Source: an uncultured Candidatus Saccharibacteria bacterium
GTDB lineage: Bacteria; Patescibacteriota; Minisyncoccia; Phycocordibacterales; SBAW01
NCBI GenBank assembly: GCA_964355655.1
Contig: CAYHDT010000001.1
Span: forward strand, 21,588 to 85,587
Reading direction: 5' to 3'
DNA: 64,000 nucleotides
Position numbers and translations under genes: made by a program. Each line of letters begins with the position of its first letter. Within the stretch, counting starts at the first letter, position 1. Of the stretch, positions 46,375 to 55,700 are shown one piece after another. Under the pieces are notes generated by a model, which worked only from the letters and a program-made list of their open reading frames with translations, did no database searches and was not told the DNA's origin.

Positions 46375-46795
46375 AATTTCTTTCCTCTGCATCGGCACAC
46401 CACGATTGATGTGTCGAAAAAAGGAGGCGACACTGGGTCGCCTCGACGAATCCTGCATGGCGGAACACCTGGGTCTTTTTGACGGACCCGTCGGGGAGTT
46501 TTTCGTCCCGCGACTCCCGAACCGAGAAGGCGTAGAGAACTTTTATTCCCCGCTCTTGCAACGCCGCCTGCAACACCGGCATAAAGAACGGGGCACCGCC
46601 GATCATTACCGAATCAAAGCCATCCTGGCGGGCCATCTGCGCGAGTGTTTGTGCATAAGCCTTGAGCCGGATTTGATCAGGCAGCTCATCGAACGTAATG
46701 AGTGCCTGTACGAGCACCTTGTCGGCAGGCTCGACGACGCCGGCAGCAATTTGGTCAGCAGTCGCTGCGTGCTGGGTCAAATTTAAAATTCGCAT
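46337..46795 (-). CDS. Hypothetical protein.
   Basis: 152 aa, no motif recognised. Confidence 0.5.
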   Translation of the reverse strand: MRILNLTQHAATADQIAAGVVEPADKVLVQALITFDELPDQIRLKAYAQTLAQMARQDGFDSVMIGGAPFFMPVLQAALQERGIKVLYAFSVRESRDEKLPDGSVKKTQVFRHAGFVEATQCRLLFSTHQSWCADAEERNYANHHPSPEAPQ

Positions 46796-46799
46796 GAAA

Positions 46800-48130
46800 G
46801 AACCCCTTGTTTCTCAATAAGCCAACGAACCATTCGCGGGCTGAGTAAAGAGGGCGAGCACGAAGGCTCGCCCGGAAGTTTGAACAATCACTGAAAGAAC
46901 AAAATTAATGGGTGGTAGCGCTAGGTCTTCGCCACCATGATGCTGTCACTCCCCGAAGCTTGTGGAGAGTCGGACCGCAGCTGTTGGGCTGCCAGCACCT
47001 TTGATCACACATCCCGATGTCGCCACCGGGTTAGAGGAATGTGTCTCCCTCTTATCCGGACTGAGCTTATTGGCTCCAGGGCTGGCCGGCCCCTTTACCA
47101 TGCGGTTGGTTGACCGCTCCCCCTTTGCACCACCAGCTTCCCAGACCGATGGATTGGGGTATGATCCGACGCTCATGTCCTTACCTCAGGTTTAACCATT
47201 CAACAGGATCTGTGCTGATCATGTGATTCTGGTTGGTACTGAGGAGGTCCCCACCACAGGCTTGCGGCCCATAGCAGTTTCCACCAACTTTCTGCCCGTA
47301 TACCGTTGGCGACGGCACACAAACTTCTGACTCCCTTTGCCCCGCCAAGGGCTCGGACCGTTGCATAGTGCAAGCCTTGCGACTCGACACCCGGGAGAAA
47401 ACCCTTTTCATCGGGCTCCGTTTAGCTTCGGTGGAGATTTGGATGCTTGCGCACCCGGCCGTAGCGGAATCAACACTACAACCTATCAACCCCTTGCGGG
47501 GGTATCTGGCTCTCCACAGCCATAACATTGGCGCCGAATGTTCGGCGGCACTGTTATGGCAATGGAGCATTTTCAAACAACTTCTCAATCAACCCACGAT
47601 CCGCCAGTAGGCAGGCTCACGAGCTGAGTAGAGGTGCGGATATAAAGGCTCCGCACTAGTGCCCTCTCACTTTGAGCGACGCCACTCGGGGCGGCGGCCG
47701 GTGGGGGTGGTAATAAGGCGCCGCTCGAAAGCGGCCTGTCCCCTATCAACACCGCACCGCTTGGGCCGTCCGTCCGCCCGGAATCCCTTTTGATGGAGGA
47801 ATTTCGTCGCGGCGTCCTCCAGGGTGTGAGACCCTGCATTCGTCCGGCTATTCATCATTTGTAACCCCCCTGGTTGTGTGATGATTGAAAGATCTAATTC
47901 TCTTTTGTTTGAAAAAGAATTGCAGGAGTGTGGGCTGCCCTGGCAACCCTTTGGAGCCCAGCTGGGGTCCGCGGCTACTCCAAGCCACACCTAGCCACGC
48001 GGCCGCGCGCTAGGATTACGATGAGGTCCTCTTTTTATGGAACCCCTCCTCCCAAGTCCTTGCGGTCTCGGGCCCCTCTCAGCCATCGTTCGTGGCTGCT
48101 TGGTACGCTTTTCTAGAGCGCCCAAGGGAG
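46800..48130. ncRNA. Long ORF-free, GC-rich region with many hairpins. Candidate structured non-coding RNA(s) or a degraded element. Its class could not be identified.
   Basis: No protein-like ORF on either strand. The tracked ORFs in this region have RNA-like R/S/P/G composition. GNRA-type hairpins are present (CCCCUUGCGGGG at 47490-47506, GCCGCUCGAAAGCGGC at 47735-47752). Confidence 0.35.
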
Positions 48131-48309
48131 GTAATGGAATCAATACGATCCCAGCCGCCCTGCCCAAATACAAACCGGCGCCCCATATGTATTGCAGGGC
48201 GGGCTGAGTAGCCTGTGGCGTATCTAGAGCAAGGCGAAGGAATCACATTCTTCGCACTTTTTCAGTATTAAACTGTCAAAGTTCGTCCCCGGGACCCCTC
48301 GCCTCCGGG

Positions 48310-48327
48310 TGTCAAACTTGATTGACA
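48310..48327. promoter_or_regulatory. TGTCAAACTTGATTGACA inverted repeat, an operator-like site.
   Basis: Perfect TGTCAA/TTGACA arms. One of three such sites in 48270-48380. Confidence 0.45.
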
Positions 48328-48354
48328 AAGCCATTATAGTCAGTTCTTTAAATT

Positions 48355-48372
48355 TGTCAAGCGGTTTTGACA
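48355..48372. promoter_or_regulatory. TGTCAAGCGGTTTTGACA inverted repeat, an operator-like site.
   Basis: TGTCA-N8-TGACA. Confidence 0.45.
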
Positions 48373-48757
48373 GATTGAAAACTTACATACAGAAAATAGC
48401 CTTAAATATAGCCATTTTTTACATATTGATATTCAATCGAGTATGACATAAAAATAGTGTTGATAGCCAGCTGCTTGACTTTATGTGCTGACTATAGTAA
48501 CCTAATTAGCGACCGGGGTGGTACTCATCCTGGCCCGGGTTTTCTGCCCAGCCCGCAGTCAATTGGGCTTGTACCTCGGCCGGCAAAGTGCCGGTTAGAC
48601 TCAGGAGCTACTTATGAAGAAGCTCAAACTGTTCGGTGACGGCTGGTAAGCCTTTAGTCGGACAATGTGGAATCGATCTCAGCGTCTGAAGTTTCGTCGC
48701 TGTAGGTTGATATCTCGAAAAGCAGAAGCGCACCGCAGTCAAAAGGTGCAAGACGTC

Positions 48758-48806
48758 GGGCGGTTGCAAGGTTCAAACCTCTGCAACCGCCCTACTTGTT
48801 TTTATG
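48758..48806. terminator. Rho-independent terminator, shared with the convergent TrmB gene.
   Basis: GGGCGGUUGCA...UGCAACCGCCC hairpin followed by UUGUUUUUA on the plus strand. The stop of the minus-strand TrmB gene abuts it. Confidence 0.6.
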
Positions 48807-49548
48807 CCTCAGCTATTTCCCAAAGCGTATTAAATATGGCTCTAAAGCTGTCTGCGATTTCTTTGCTGTCTATGATGATGCCGAATACCGGTCCTTTGAG
48901 TGCCATAACGGCGACGCAGTTTCTATAAACAAAAATGTCGGAACTCATGGGCATGCGGTCGGGTGATATATATCTGCGCTCGGTGTTTGGCGGTATCTCG
49001 GAACCCGACTTGCCTCCCTGGCGTGTATAGATGTAGCGCGAGTGGATTCCGTTCCTAACTCTTTTATCAGAAAAATCGTCCAGTTCCTTTTGTGTGTATA
49101 TGGTTGCCAAGGAGTCCCGAGAGAACAAAATAAATATTTCCTCCCCTTTTTTTAAGGTTAAAACCTCTTCGCGCATAGCGGTAATTCCTTCTTTGCCGCT
49201 AAAGAACCTCACCAGCGGTCGCTCGCCGGCGCCTTCGAACTTTTTGAGCAGCTCAGGCAGAAAGTCGTTGAGTTCAAGCTCCTTGGCCTCGAACTCTTTT
49301 TTCTTTAGTTCAAAAATACGCTTCAGATATTCAGGAGATTCTGGGGCAAAGTATGTTTTCTTACCCTCTTCGTAGGTGCTCATGAGACCCTTCTTCATCA
49401 AGCTTTCCAGTTGCACATAGGCGGTTGAGCGCACTATTTTTGCTTGCTTAGCTAGCTGGTCGGCCGTGGCGCGCCCTATTTCCAGAGCGGCAATGTAAAT
49501 TTTGGCCTCTTTTTCCGACAGCCCAACATCCTGGAGCTCTTTTAGCAT
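48802..49548 (-). CDS. TrmB-family transcriptional regulator (paralog 3).
   Basis: Start reassigned to MLKELQDVGLSEKEAKIYIAALEIG (ATG at 49548). The palindrome GTACATTGTAC lies at 49552-49562. Confidence 0.7.
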   Translation of the reverse strand: MLKELQDVGLSEKEAKIYIAALEIGRATADQLAKQAKIVRSTAYVQLESLMKKGLMSTYEEGKKTYFAPESPEYLKRIFELKKKEFEAKELELNDFLPELLKKFEGAGERPLVRFFSGKEGITAMREEVLTLKKGEEIFILFSRDSLATIYTQKELDDFSDKRVRNGIHSRYIYTRQGGKSGSEIPPNTERRYISPDRMPMSSDIFVYRNCVAVMALKGPVFGIIIDSKEIADSFRAIFNTLWEIAEA

Positions 49549-49904
49549 GAGTACATTGTACGGCACAAAACCAAATTTTGGGTACGAATAACCCCCGCAA
49601 TGGAGGTGGCGGGGGTTTGTGTGTAAGCCTTCAGAACCGGCTTTCAAGAGTTAGGATTGCCTCTTGTTTTCAATTTATTGTCGAAGTTTGTCGGTAATCC
49701 GCAATATCTCGACAGTGAGTTTAGAAGGTTACACATTGGTGCAGCTGCAATGCACAGAAAGAACATTTTTGTTATGTCGTTCGCGACAGGGTAGAACGCG
49801 CTCGCACAACATTGGTCTGAAGTAACTATACTCCCATCAAGGACAGTGTAAAGGACATAGGTGGGGATAACCTGCCTCTGCCGGCAAGGCGGGCTGTCCT
49901 TTAG

Positions 49905-51377
49905 CTAATCAACGAAGTATTTCCTATGTATGTCCTTTATTTCAGCTTCCTCCGCAACCTCCTTAGCCTCTTTGGCCTCCTCCCCTATCTTACGCAGCTC
50001 TTTGTCGGTCAAATTGAGCAGCTCCAGCGCTTTTTGCTCCAAATAGTCGGCTGTATTTTTTGCAGGGTCTTCCAATACCTCCTCTAGCAGCGCGTGGAGC
50101 GTCCAGCCTATGCGAGGGCCCGGCCGCTCCCCCAACTCAATGATTTTTCGGCCATCTATTTTGAGCATGCCGACCGATATCGGGTCGCGCATTGCCTGCT
50201 CTATCATGGCCTGGTACTTGCGCAGGCGAAAAGGTTGCTCTTTGGGGCGCCCGGTGCCTATCCGGTCGCATATGCGGAGGTTTATAAGGTCCCAAATATG
50301 TTCCCGCCCCACGTTAGCTACTATCCGGCGCACTGCGGACAAGGTTACCTTCTCCGGGTCGCTAAAAAACATATGCCAGCGAACCAGCGAGGCAGCCCGG
50401 TCTATCGTTTCACGTGGAAACTTAAGGTTTTCGAGTATCTTTTTGGTCATCCGCGCTCCAACCACGTCGTGTCCGTGGAAAGTCCAATCGCGTTTTTCAT
50501 CCGACCAGCGGCGGCTCTTTGGCTTTCCTACATCGTGAAACAAGGCGGACAAGCGGATGATGAAACTCCAGTTTTTATCGGCAGCGTGCTGGGTTGAGCG
50601 CAGGTTGTGCTCAAAAACATCAAAGCTATGGGCCTGATTTTGCTCAACCCCTATCCCCTCCTCGATTTCGGGGGCTATATAGCGTAAAATCCCTAATTTA
50701 TGGCTTAAAATAAGGGCTTTCATGGGTTCTGCAGAGTTTAATATCCGGATAAATTCATCCCGGATACGCTCTTTAGAAATCTTCTCCAACTGAGTGGCCG
50801 ACTCCCCTATGGCAGTCTGCGTTTTTGGCTCTAGCTGGAAGTCGAGCTCGGCCGAAAGTCGTACCGCGCGCATAATTCGCAAAGCATCCTCGTCAAAACG
50901 CTCCCCCGGCTCCCCCACGGCTCTTATCCAGCGACTACCCATGTCCTTTATGCCATCGTAGGGATCCAAAAGCTGTCCTTTAGATGGACTATAGGCTAAG
51001 GCATTGATTGTAAAGTCTCGGCGCTTCAAGTCGTCCTCTATCTTTTGACTAAAAACAACGCTGTCCGGGCGCCGGGCGTCACTGTACTTGCCCTCAAGCC
51101 TATAAGGCGTTACTTCTACAACCTTGAGACGCTCATCGGTAACGGTGTCATTGACTACCCCGACAGTCCCGAACTCGTTGGTGTAGTAGGTATGCTCAAA
51201 AATACCTTGAATTCGCTCGGGCGTGGCGTTAGTGGTTACATCCCAGTCTTTGGGCGTGTGGCCTAGCAAAAGGTCCCGTATGCACCCCCCTACTATCCAG
51301 GCTTCGAATCCTGCATTTTCCAGGCCTTCTGTTACCCGCGCTACCTCCGGAGGTATTTGGCTGGGACTTATTTGCAT
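49905..51377 (-). CDS. cca: CCA-adding tRNA nucleotidyltransferase with an HD domain.
   Basis: GGCIRDLLLG..DWDV nucleotidyltransferase motif plus an HD domain (HDVGK). Confidence 0.9.
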   Translation of the reverse strand: MQISPSQIPPEVARVTEGLENAGFEAWIVGGCIRDLLLGHTPKDWDVTTNATPERIQGIFEHTYYTNEFGTVGVVNDTVTDERLKVVEVTPYRLEGKYSDARRPDSVVFSQKIEDDLKRRDFTINALAYSPSKGQLLDPYDGIKDMGSRWIRAVGEPGERFDEDALRIMRAVRLSAELDFQLEPKTQTAIGESATQLEKISKERIRDEFIRILNSAEPMKALILSHKLGILRYIAPEIEEGIGVEQNQAHSFDVFEHNLRSTQHAADKNWSFIIRLSALFHDVGKPKSRRWSDEKRDWTFHGHDVVGARMTKKILENLKFPRETIDRAASLVRWHMFFSDPEKVTLSAVRRIVANVGREHIWDLINLRICDRIGTGRPKEQPFRLRKYQAMIEQAMRDPISVGMLKIDGRKIIELGERPGPRIGWTLHALLEEVLEDPAKNTADYLEQKALELLNLTDKELRKIGEEAKEAKEVAEEAEIKDIHRKYFVD

Positions 51378-51414
51378 TGGATAATTCTAACAGATAAAGC
51401 TATTATTAAGTTCT

Positions 51415-51487
51415 GCGCCCGTAGCTCAATGGATAGAGTACTTGGCTTCGAACCAAGGGGTTGGGAGTTCGAATCTCTCCGGGCGCA
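51415..51487 (+). tRNA. tRNA-Arg (anticodon TCG).
   Basis: Cloverleaf: acceptor GCGCCCG/CGGGCGC, anticodon loop CUUCGAA, T-loop GGGAGUUCGAAUCUCUC. Confidence 0.85.
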
Positions 51488-51541
51488 CAAAAGTGCTCAT
51501 TGTGGATAAATGAACTACCGTTCTGTCCTATATAGTATCAT

Positions 51542-52216
51542 GTGCTTATGAGGAAAGACAAAGAGTTGGCCATCGAATTAAGAAGAGCCGGTAAAAGCTA
51601 TCGGGAAATTAAGAAAGAGATAGGAGTCTCACTCAGTACGCTTTCTCTATGGTTTAAAGATCTCGAATGGTCTAAGGATGTTGGTAGAAAGCTTATTTTT
51701 CAACACATTTCAGATAGTACAACTAGGATATTTGAACTGAATAAAGTCAGAGGTAAGAGACTCGACACCATTTATGAATTGGGGCGCAAGGTTGCGGCTA
51801 AAGAGTTTGATAAACTAAAAACTGATCCCCTCTTTGTAGCCGGTGTGGTGGCCTATTGGGGAGAAGGAGACAAGACTACAAAACATCTATGTCGATTGGC
51901 AAACAGCGACCCGGCGATGATAAGGCTATTTTGGTTGTTTTTGACTAAGAAATGTAGAATTCCAGAGAACAAAATAGCCTGTTGGCTGATCCTTTATCCC
52001 GATTTGGACGAACAGATCGTAAAAAAACAATGGAGCCTAGAAAGCGGAATCCCCGAGAGTAACTTTAGAAAAGCGGTTTTTATAAAAGGTAGACATCCAA
52101 CCAAAAGAAACAAGTATGGTGTCTGTAGTATAGTCGTCCCCAGTCGATTTTTTAAAGAAAAAATGCTACTATGGCTTCGTTTGATAGCAGAGGAGTTCAA
52201 TGCGGATATGGTCTAA
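51542..52216 (+). CDS. HTH-containing hypothetical protein in an AT-rich insert between tRNA genes. Possibly homing-endonuclease-like (weak).
   Basis: N-terminal HTH KSYREIKKEIGVSLSTLSLWFKDL. FVAGVVAYWGEGDK weakly resembles a LAGLIDADG-type motif. The 3' end overlaps the tRNA-Gly start by 15 nt. Confidence 0.45.
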   Translation: MLMRKDKELAIELRRAGKSYREIKKEIGVSLSTLSLWFKDLEWSKDVGRKLIFQHISDSTTRIFELNKVRGKRLDTIYELGRKVAAKEFDKLKTDPLFVAGVVAYWGEGDKTTKHLCRLANSDPAMIRLFWLFLTKKCRIPENKIACWLILYPDLDEQIVKKQWSLESGIPESNFRKAVFIKGRHPTKRNKYGVCSIVVPSRFFKEKMLLWLRLIAEEFNADMV

Positions 52217-52272
52217 TGGTATGACAACTGGTTGCCAATCAGTTAGCGGGAGTTCGATTCTCCCTATCCGCA
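52202..52272 (+). tRNA. tRNA-Gly (anticodon GCC).
   Basis: Acceptor GCGGAUA/UAUCCGC, anticodon loop UUGCCAA, T-arm GGGAGUUCGAUUCUCCC. Confidence 0.8.
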
Positions 52273-52460
52273 CTAAGAAACAGATATTAAAAGACATCCA
52301 GAGTGTGGATAATCAATCCCCTATAAATAAAGGAATATTTAGCATTTCTGTGGATAAGTATGGGGATATGTGCATTAAAGGACACAAAAATACTGTCCTT
52401 CACCTGCCCGACAGGCAATGTGAGTGCCTTTTTAGTGCAAAAACACCAATTTATGTTTCA

Positions 52461-52521
52461 TATGTAACGTTTTACGTGAACCATGTGAACGCGAAATGAG
52501 TGAACGGGAACCATGTGAACG
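52461..52521 (+). repeat. Five tandem copies of (T)GTGAAC(G) immediately upstream of yraN.
   Basis: tatGTAACG, acGTGAACc, atGTGAACG, gaGTGAACG, atGTGAACG within 61 nt. The run ends 7 nt before the ATG at 52528. Confidence 0.6.
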
Positions 52522-52527
52522 AGAATC

Positions 52528-52908
52528 ATGCCTAGTCCAAAGCGCAAAATAGGAGATATCGGGGAGGAGGTTGTGTGTAAATACCTAGAAAGAAAGGGAT
52601 TTCGGGTATTGGAGCGTAATTACCTTAGAAAATGGGGCGAAATAGATATTGTTGCCGAAAAGGGCCCATTGCTTAGTTTTATCGAGGTAAAGAGCGTTAC
52701 ACGTGAAAATGGTTCACGTGCAACATATAGGCCGGAAGAGAACGTGCACCCGGCAAAGCTTAAAAGGCTGCACCGGGCTATACAGACCTACTTATTGGAC
52801 CGAAGGGTACCGGAAGACAGGCCGTGGCAGGTGGATGTGGCTTGTGTTTACTTGGATTTTTCGACCAGAAAGGCTAGAGTAGAGGTATTGGAGAATGTAA
52901 TTCTCTAA
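52528..52908 (+). CDS. yraN: YraN (UPF0102) family endonuclease.
   Basis: IGDIGEEVVCKYLERKGFRVLERNYL..GEIDIVAEKGPLLSFIEVKS signature. Confidence 0.8.
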   Translation: MPSPKRKIGDIGEEVVCKYLERKGFRVLERNYLRKWGEIDIVAEKGPLLSFIEVKSVTRENGSRATYRPEENVHPAKLKRLHRAIQTYLLDRRVPEDRPWQVDVACVYLDFSTRKARVEVLENVIL

Positions 52909-52957
52909 AAGACAAAATAAAAGACACCATTCGTCGCTAAAGCTATGAAGGGCACAG

Positions 52958-53028
52958 CGGGGCGTAGTATACCGGTAGTACAACTGCTTTGGGAGCAGTT
53001 AGACCGAGTTCAATTCTCGGCGCCCCGA
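52958..53028 (+). tRNA. tRNA-Pro (anticodon TGG).
   Basis: Acceptor CGGGGCG/CGCCCCG, anticodon loop UUUGGGA, T-arm CCGAGUUCAAUUCUCGG. It overlaps the 5' extension of the tracked methyltransferase ORF, which was therefore trimmed. Confidence 0.8.
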
Positions 53029-53036
53029 CAAAAGTT

Positions 53037-53900
53037 ATGGAAAAGATAACGCTTATAACCAAGCCTTCCGCCGGATACGAGCTGTTGGACTCAGGGTTTG
53101 AAGAGAAGCTTGAGCGTTTTGGCGAGGTTATTTTGGCGCGCCCGGACCCGCAGGCTTTATGGGAGAAGGACAGGGAAGAGAAGTGGCAAAATGCCGCCGG
53201 CCGGTTTGAGAGAGAGGGGAAGGATGGGAAATGGTCAGGAAAGTCTTTGCCAAAACAATGGGAGACAGAATTTGGTGGATTAAAGTTTTTGATTAAGCCG
53301 ACCAGTTTTAAACACACAGGCCTCTTCCCTGAGCAATTGTCCAACTGGCAGTGGGGGAGCGAGTTGATAAAAAATGCCGGAAGGGAAATCTCGATTTTAA
53401 ATATTTTTGGTTACACCGGCGGGGCGACGCTTGCTGCCGCAGCCGCCGGAGCAAAAGTTACGCATGTCGATGCAAGCAAGACAGCCGTCGCCTGGGCGCG
53501 GGAAAATGCAAAGCTGTCGGGGTTGGAGGGCGCACCCATCCGCTGGATAACCGAAGATGCAATCACTTTTTTGAAGCGCGAGGTAAGCCGCGGCAACAAG
53601 TACGACGCCGTCGTGATGGACCCGCCGGCATTCGGGCATGGGCCCGATGGGGAAGTGTGGAAGTTTGAGGAGCATTTTTTGCAGCTTCTTGAGTTGGTGC
53701 AAAAACTGCTCTCCAATAAGCCGCTGTTTGTACTGATTAACGGCTATGCTGCGGGCTACTCGCCGCTTGCCTTTGCCTACAATCTGGAGAGTTTTGTAAA
53801 AAAGTTCGGCGGTACTATTGAGTATGGGGATCTGGCGATAGCAGAAAAGGATAGCGAACGAGTTTTGCCCGCCGGTATCTTCGCCAGGTGGAAAGCATAG
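53037..53900 (+). CDS. Class I SAM-dependent rRNA methyltransferase (RlmI/RlmK-like).
   Basis: DPPAFG motif and SAM-binding GYTGGATLAAAAAGA. Start at MEKITLITK (53037), after tRNA-Pro. Confidence 0.75.
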   Translation: MEKITLITKPSAGYELLDSGFEEKLERFGEVILARPDPQALWEKDREEKWQNAAGRFEREGKDGKWSGKSLPKQWETEFGGLKFLIKPTSFKHTGLFPEQLSNWQWGSELIKNAGREISILNIFGYTGGATLAAAAAGAKVTHVDASKTAVAWARENAKLSGLEGAPIRWITEDAITFLKREVSRGNKYDAVVMDPPAFGHGPDGEVWKFEEHFLQLLELVQKLLSNKPLFVLINGYAAGYSPLAFAYNLESFVKKFGGTIEYGDLAIAEKDSERVLPAGIFARWKA

Positions 53901-53902
53901 TC

Positions 53903-55699
53903 ATGAAGTTTTTTACCGCGATAGCCCAAGAGCCGACTATCTTCCTAACAAGAAAATATTGGCAATTTTCAAAAGGTCGGCACGGCGTCTTGCTGCTGTA
54001 CGTCACGATGTTTGTCATCGCGAACCTTATCATCCTTTTGCCGCCGCTCATTTTCGGAGCATTCGTGCGCGAGATACAAAATTCGGGAATTACCTCGGAC
54101 ACTATGCCGTATCTGTTGCTGCTGCTCGGTCTGCTGTTCTTCAACGAAGTCGCCTTTTGGGCGTTCCATGGCCCGGCCCGAGTGATTGAACGGGCGGTCG
54201 CGTTTTGGGCCGATATCAATTACCGCACCCATTTGCTGAGGGGAGTGCTCGACCTCGGGCTTTCGTGGCACGGCGAACACGACTCGGGCGATACTATCGA
54301 CAAGGTCAACAAGGCGGCCGATGCGTTGGCCAACTTTGGACGCAACACCTTCCAGGTCTTGCAGCTCCTGGTCAAGCTTGTGGGTACGTCGGTCGTGCTC
54401 TACATATTTTCGCCGGCAGTGGGCCTCTCGGTGCTTGCGCTCATGCTACTCTCGTTTGTTGCGATATTCCAGTTCGACCGCTACCTGATGCCGCAATATC
54501 GAAAGATCAACGAGTTTAGCAACAAATCCATGGGGCGTGTGTTCGATGCGCTCTCCAATATTACAAGCGTCAAGATACTCCACATTGAGAGGCCGGTACT
54601 CGACGGCATCGTCGCACGGCTCAGGGCGCCACACGCGGTCTCGTACGCCAACTGGAAGCTTAATGAGGAGAAGTGGTTTACCGGAGCGATGTTCTACCAA
54701 GTGATAGCAGTCATACCCATTGCATTCTACTTGTTTACGGGGGTTCGCTCTGGCAAACCGGTAGATGCGGGGACTATCTCGACGCTGTACCTGTATCTCT
54801 CGAGCCTTATATACGTCTACTTCGGATTTACGGACTACTACCAAAAGTTAGCTACGTTCAAAAGCGGCGTGCAAAATGCCAAGCCGATAGAGGACGCATT
54901 TATATCTAAAAGCAATGTGCACCGGCACGCGGCTGCGGAGTGGCAGACTCTTGCCATAGAAGACCTCTCTTTTGCCTACGAGGGTGTCGGCGAGGTACCC
55001 AACCTAAATAAGGTCGCCTTGCAAGTGCACAAAGGCGAGCGCATTGCGCTTATCGGCGAGTCGGGGTCGGGTAAAACGACCTTTTTAAAGGTGCTGCATG
55101 GTCTGTATCCTACAGCGCGCGCCACATTGGTGCTTGGTGATATGCCCCCGACAGCAACGTCATTCGCGGACCTCGACCTCAAGACCATGTTGGTGCCGCA
55201 AGAGCCGGAAATATTTTCCTCAACGATACGGGAGAACATTACACTCGGTGTTGAGTACTCACAGGAGGATGTCGAGGAGGCGGTACGCATTGCGCGCTTC
55301 GACATGGTAGTCAGGGACCTGCCGCGCGGGTTCGACTCGGTCATCAACGAAAAGGGCGTCAACCTTTCAGGCGGCCAAAAGCAGCGGCTCGCGCTGTCGC
55401 GTGCACTCCTGTTCTCCAAGGAGAAGGACATCATCCTGCTAGACGAGTCCACCAGCTCGGTCGATTCTGAAAACGAGACCCGTATCTACTCCAACATCTG
55501 GAAGGCCTTCGAAGGAAAAACGGTCATCGCCTCGATACATAAAATGAACCTGCTCAAGCTCTTTGATCGCATCTACGTATTCGACAAGGGCCGCATAACC
55601 GACGAGGGCTCCTTCGACGACCTTTTGCAGCGCAACGCGTCCTTCAAAAAATCCTGGGAACAATTTGTCGCAACACAGCCGGAGCATGTCTCAGAGTAG
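53903..55699 (+). CDS. ABC exporter, fused permease and ATPase (MsbA-like).
   Basis: Six-TM N-terminal domain. Walker A GESGSGKTT, signature LSGGQKQR, Walker B ILLDEST. Confidence 0.9.
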   Translation: MKFFTAIAQEPTIFLTRKYWQFSKGRHGVLLLYVTMFVIANLIILLPPLIFGAFVREIQNSGITSDTMPYLLLLLGLLFFNEVAFWAFHGPARVIERAVAFWADINYRTHLLRGVLDLGLSWHGEHDSGDTIDKVNKAADALANFGRNTFQVLQLLVKLVGTSVVLYIFSPAVGLSVLALMLLSFVAIFQFDRYLMPQYRKINEFSNKSMGRVFDALSNITSVKILHIERPVLDGIVARLRAPHAVSYANWKLNEEKWFTGAMFYQVIAVIPIAFYLFTGVRSGKPVDAGTISTLYLYLSSLIYVYFGFTDYYQKLATFKSGVQNAKPIEDAFISKSNVHRHAAAEWQTLAIEDLSFAYEGVGEVPNLNKVALQVHKGERIALIGESGSGKTTFLKVLHGLYPTARATLVLGDMPPTATSFADLDLKTMLVPQEPEIFSSTIRENITLGVEYSQEDVEEAVRIARFDMVVRDLPRGFDSVINEKGVNLSGGQKQRLALSRALLFSKEKDIILLDESTSSVDSENETRIYSNIWKAFEGKTVIASIHKMNLLKLFDRIYVFDKGRITDEGSFDDLLQRNASFKKSWEQFVATQPEHVSE

Positions 55700-55700
55700 T

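Noticed and set aside
47181-47990. Minus-strand ORFs of 84-135 aa inside the ORF-free region
   Set aside because: Their composition (C, R, S, W, P, G) reflects GC-rich non-coding sequence. No RBS and no motif. Treated as part of a candidate RNA region.
46800-48130. RNase P RNA, rRNA fragment or group II intron identity for the ORF-free region
   Set aside because: Only short partial matches (GGUGCGGU, AUAGGGG, GUGCG). Universal rRNA segments, the P4 strands of RNase P and a canonical domain V were not found by eye. The region is left unclassified pending a covariance-model search.
49595-49618. Hairpin CCCCCGCAAUGGAGGUGGCGGGGG between cca and the TrmB gene
   Set aside because: It could be a terminator, but it lies about 290 nt from the cca stop and within the TrmB upstream region. 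Its role is ambiguous, so it is not called.
52200-52499. 99-aa ORF starting at 52200
   Set aside because: It starts inside tRNA-Gly and runs through the GTGAAC repeat array, with an implausible composition.
52989-53036. 5' extension of the methyltransferase ORF
   Set aside because: It overlaps tRNA-Pro (52958..53028). The start was moved to the ATG at 53037.
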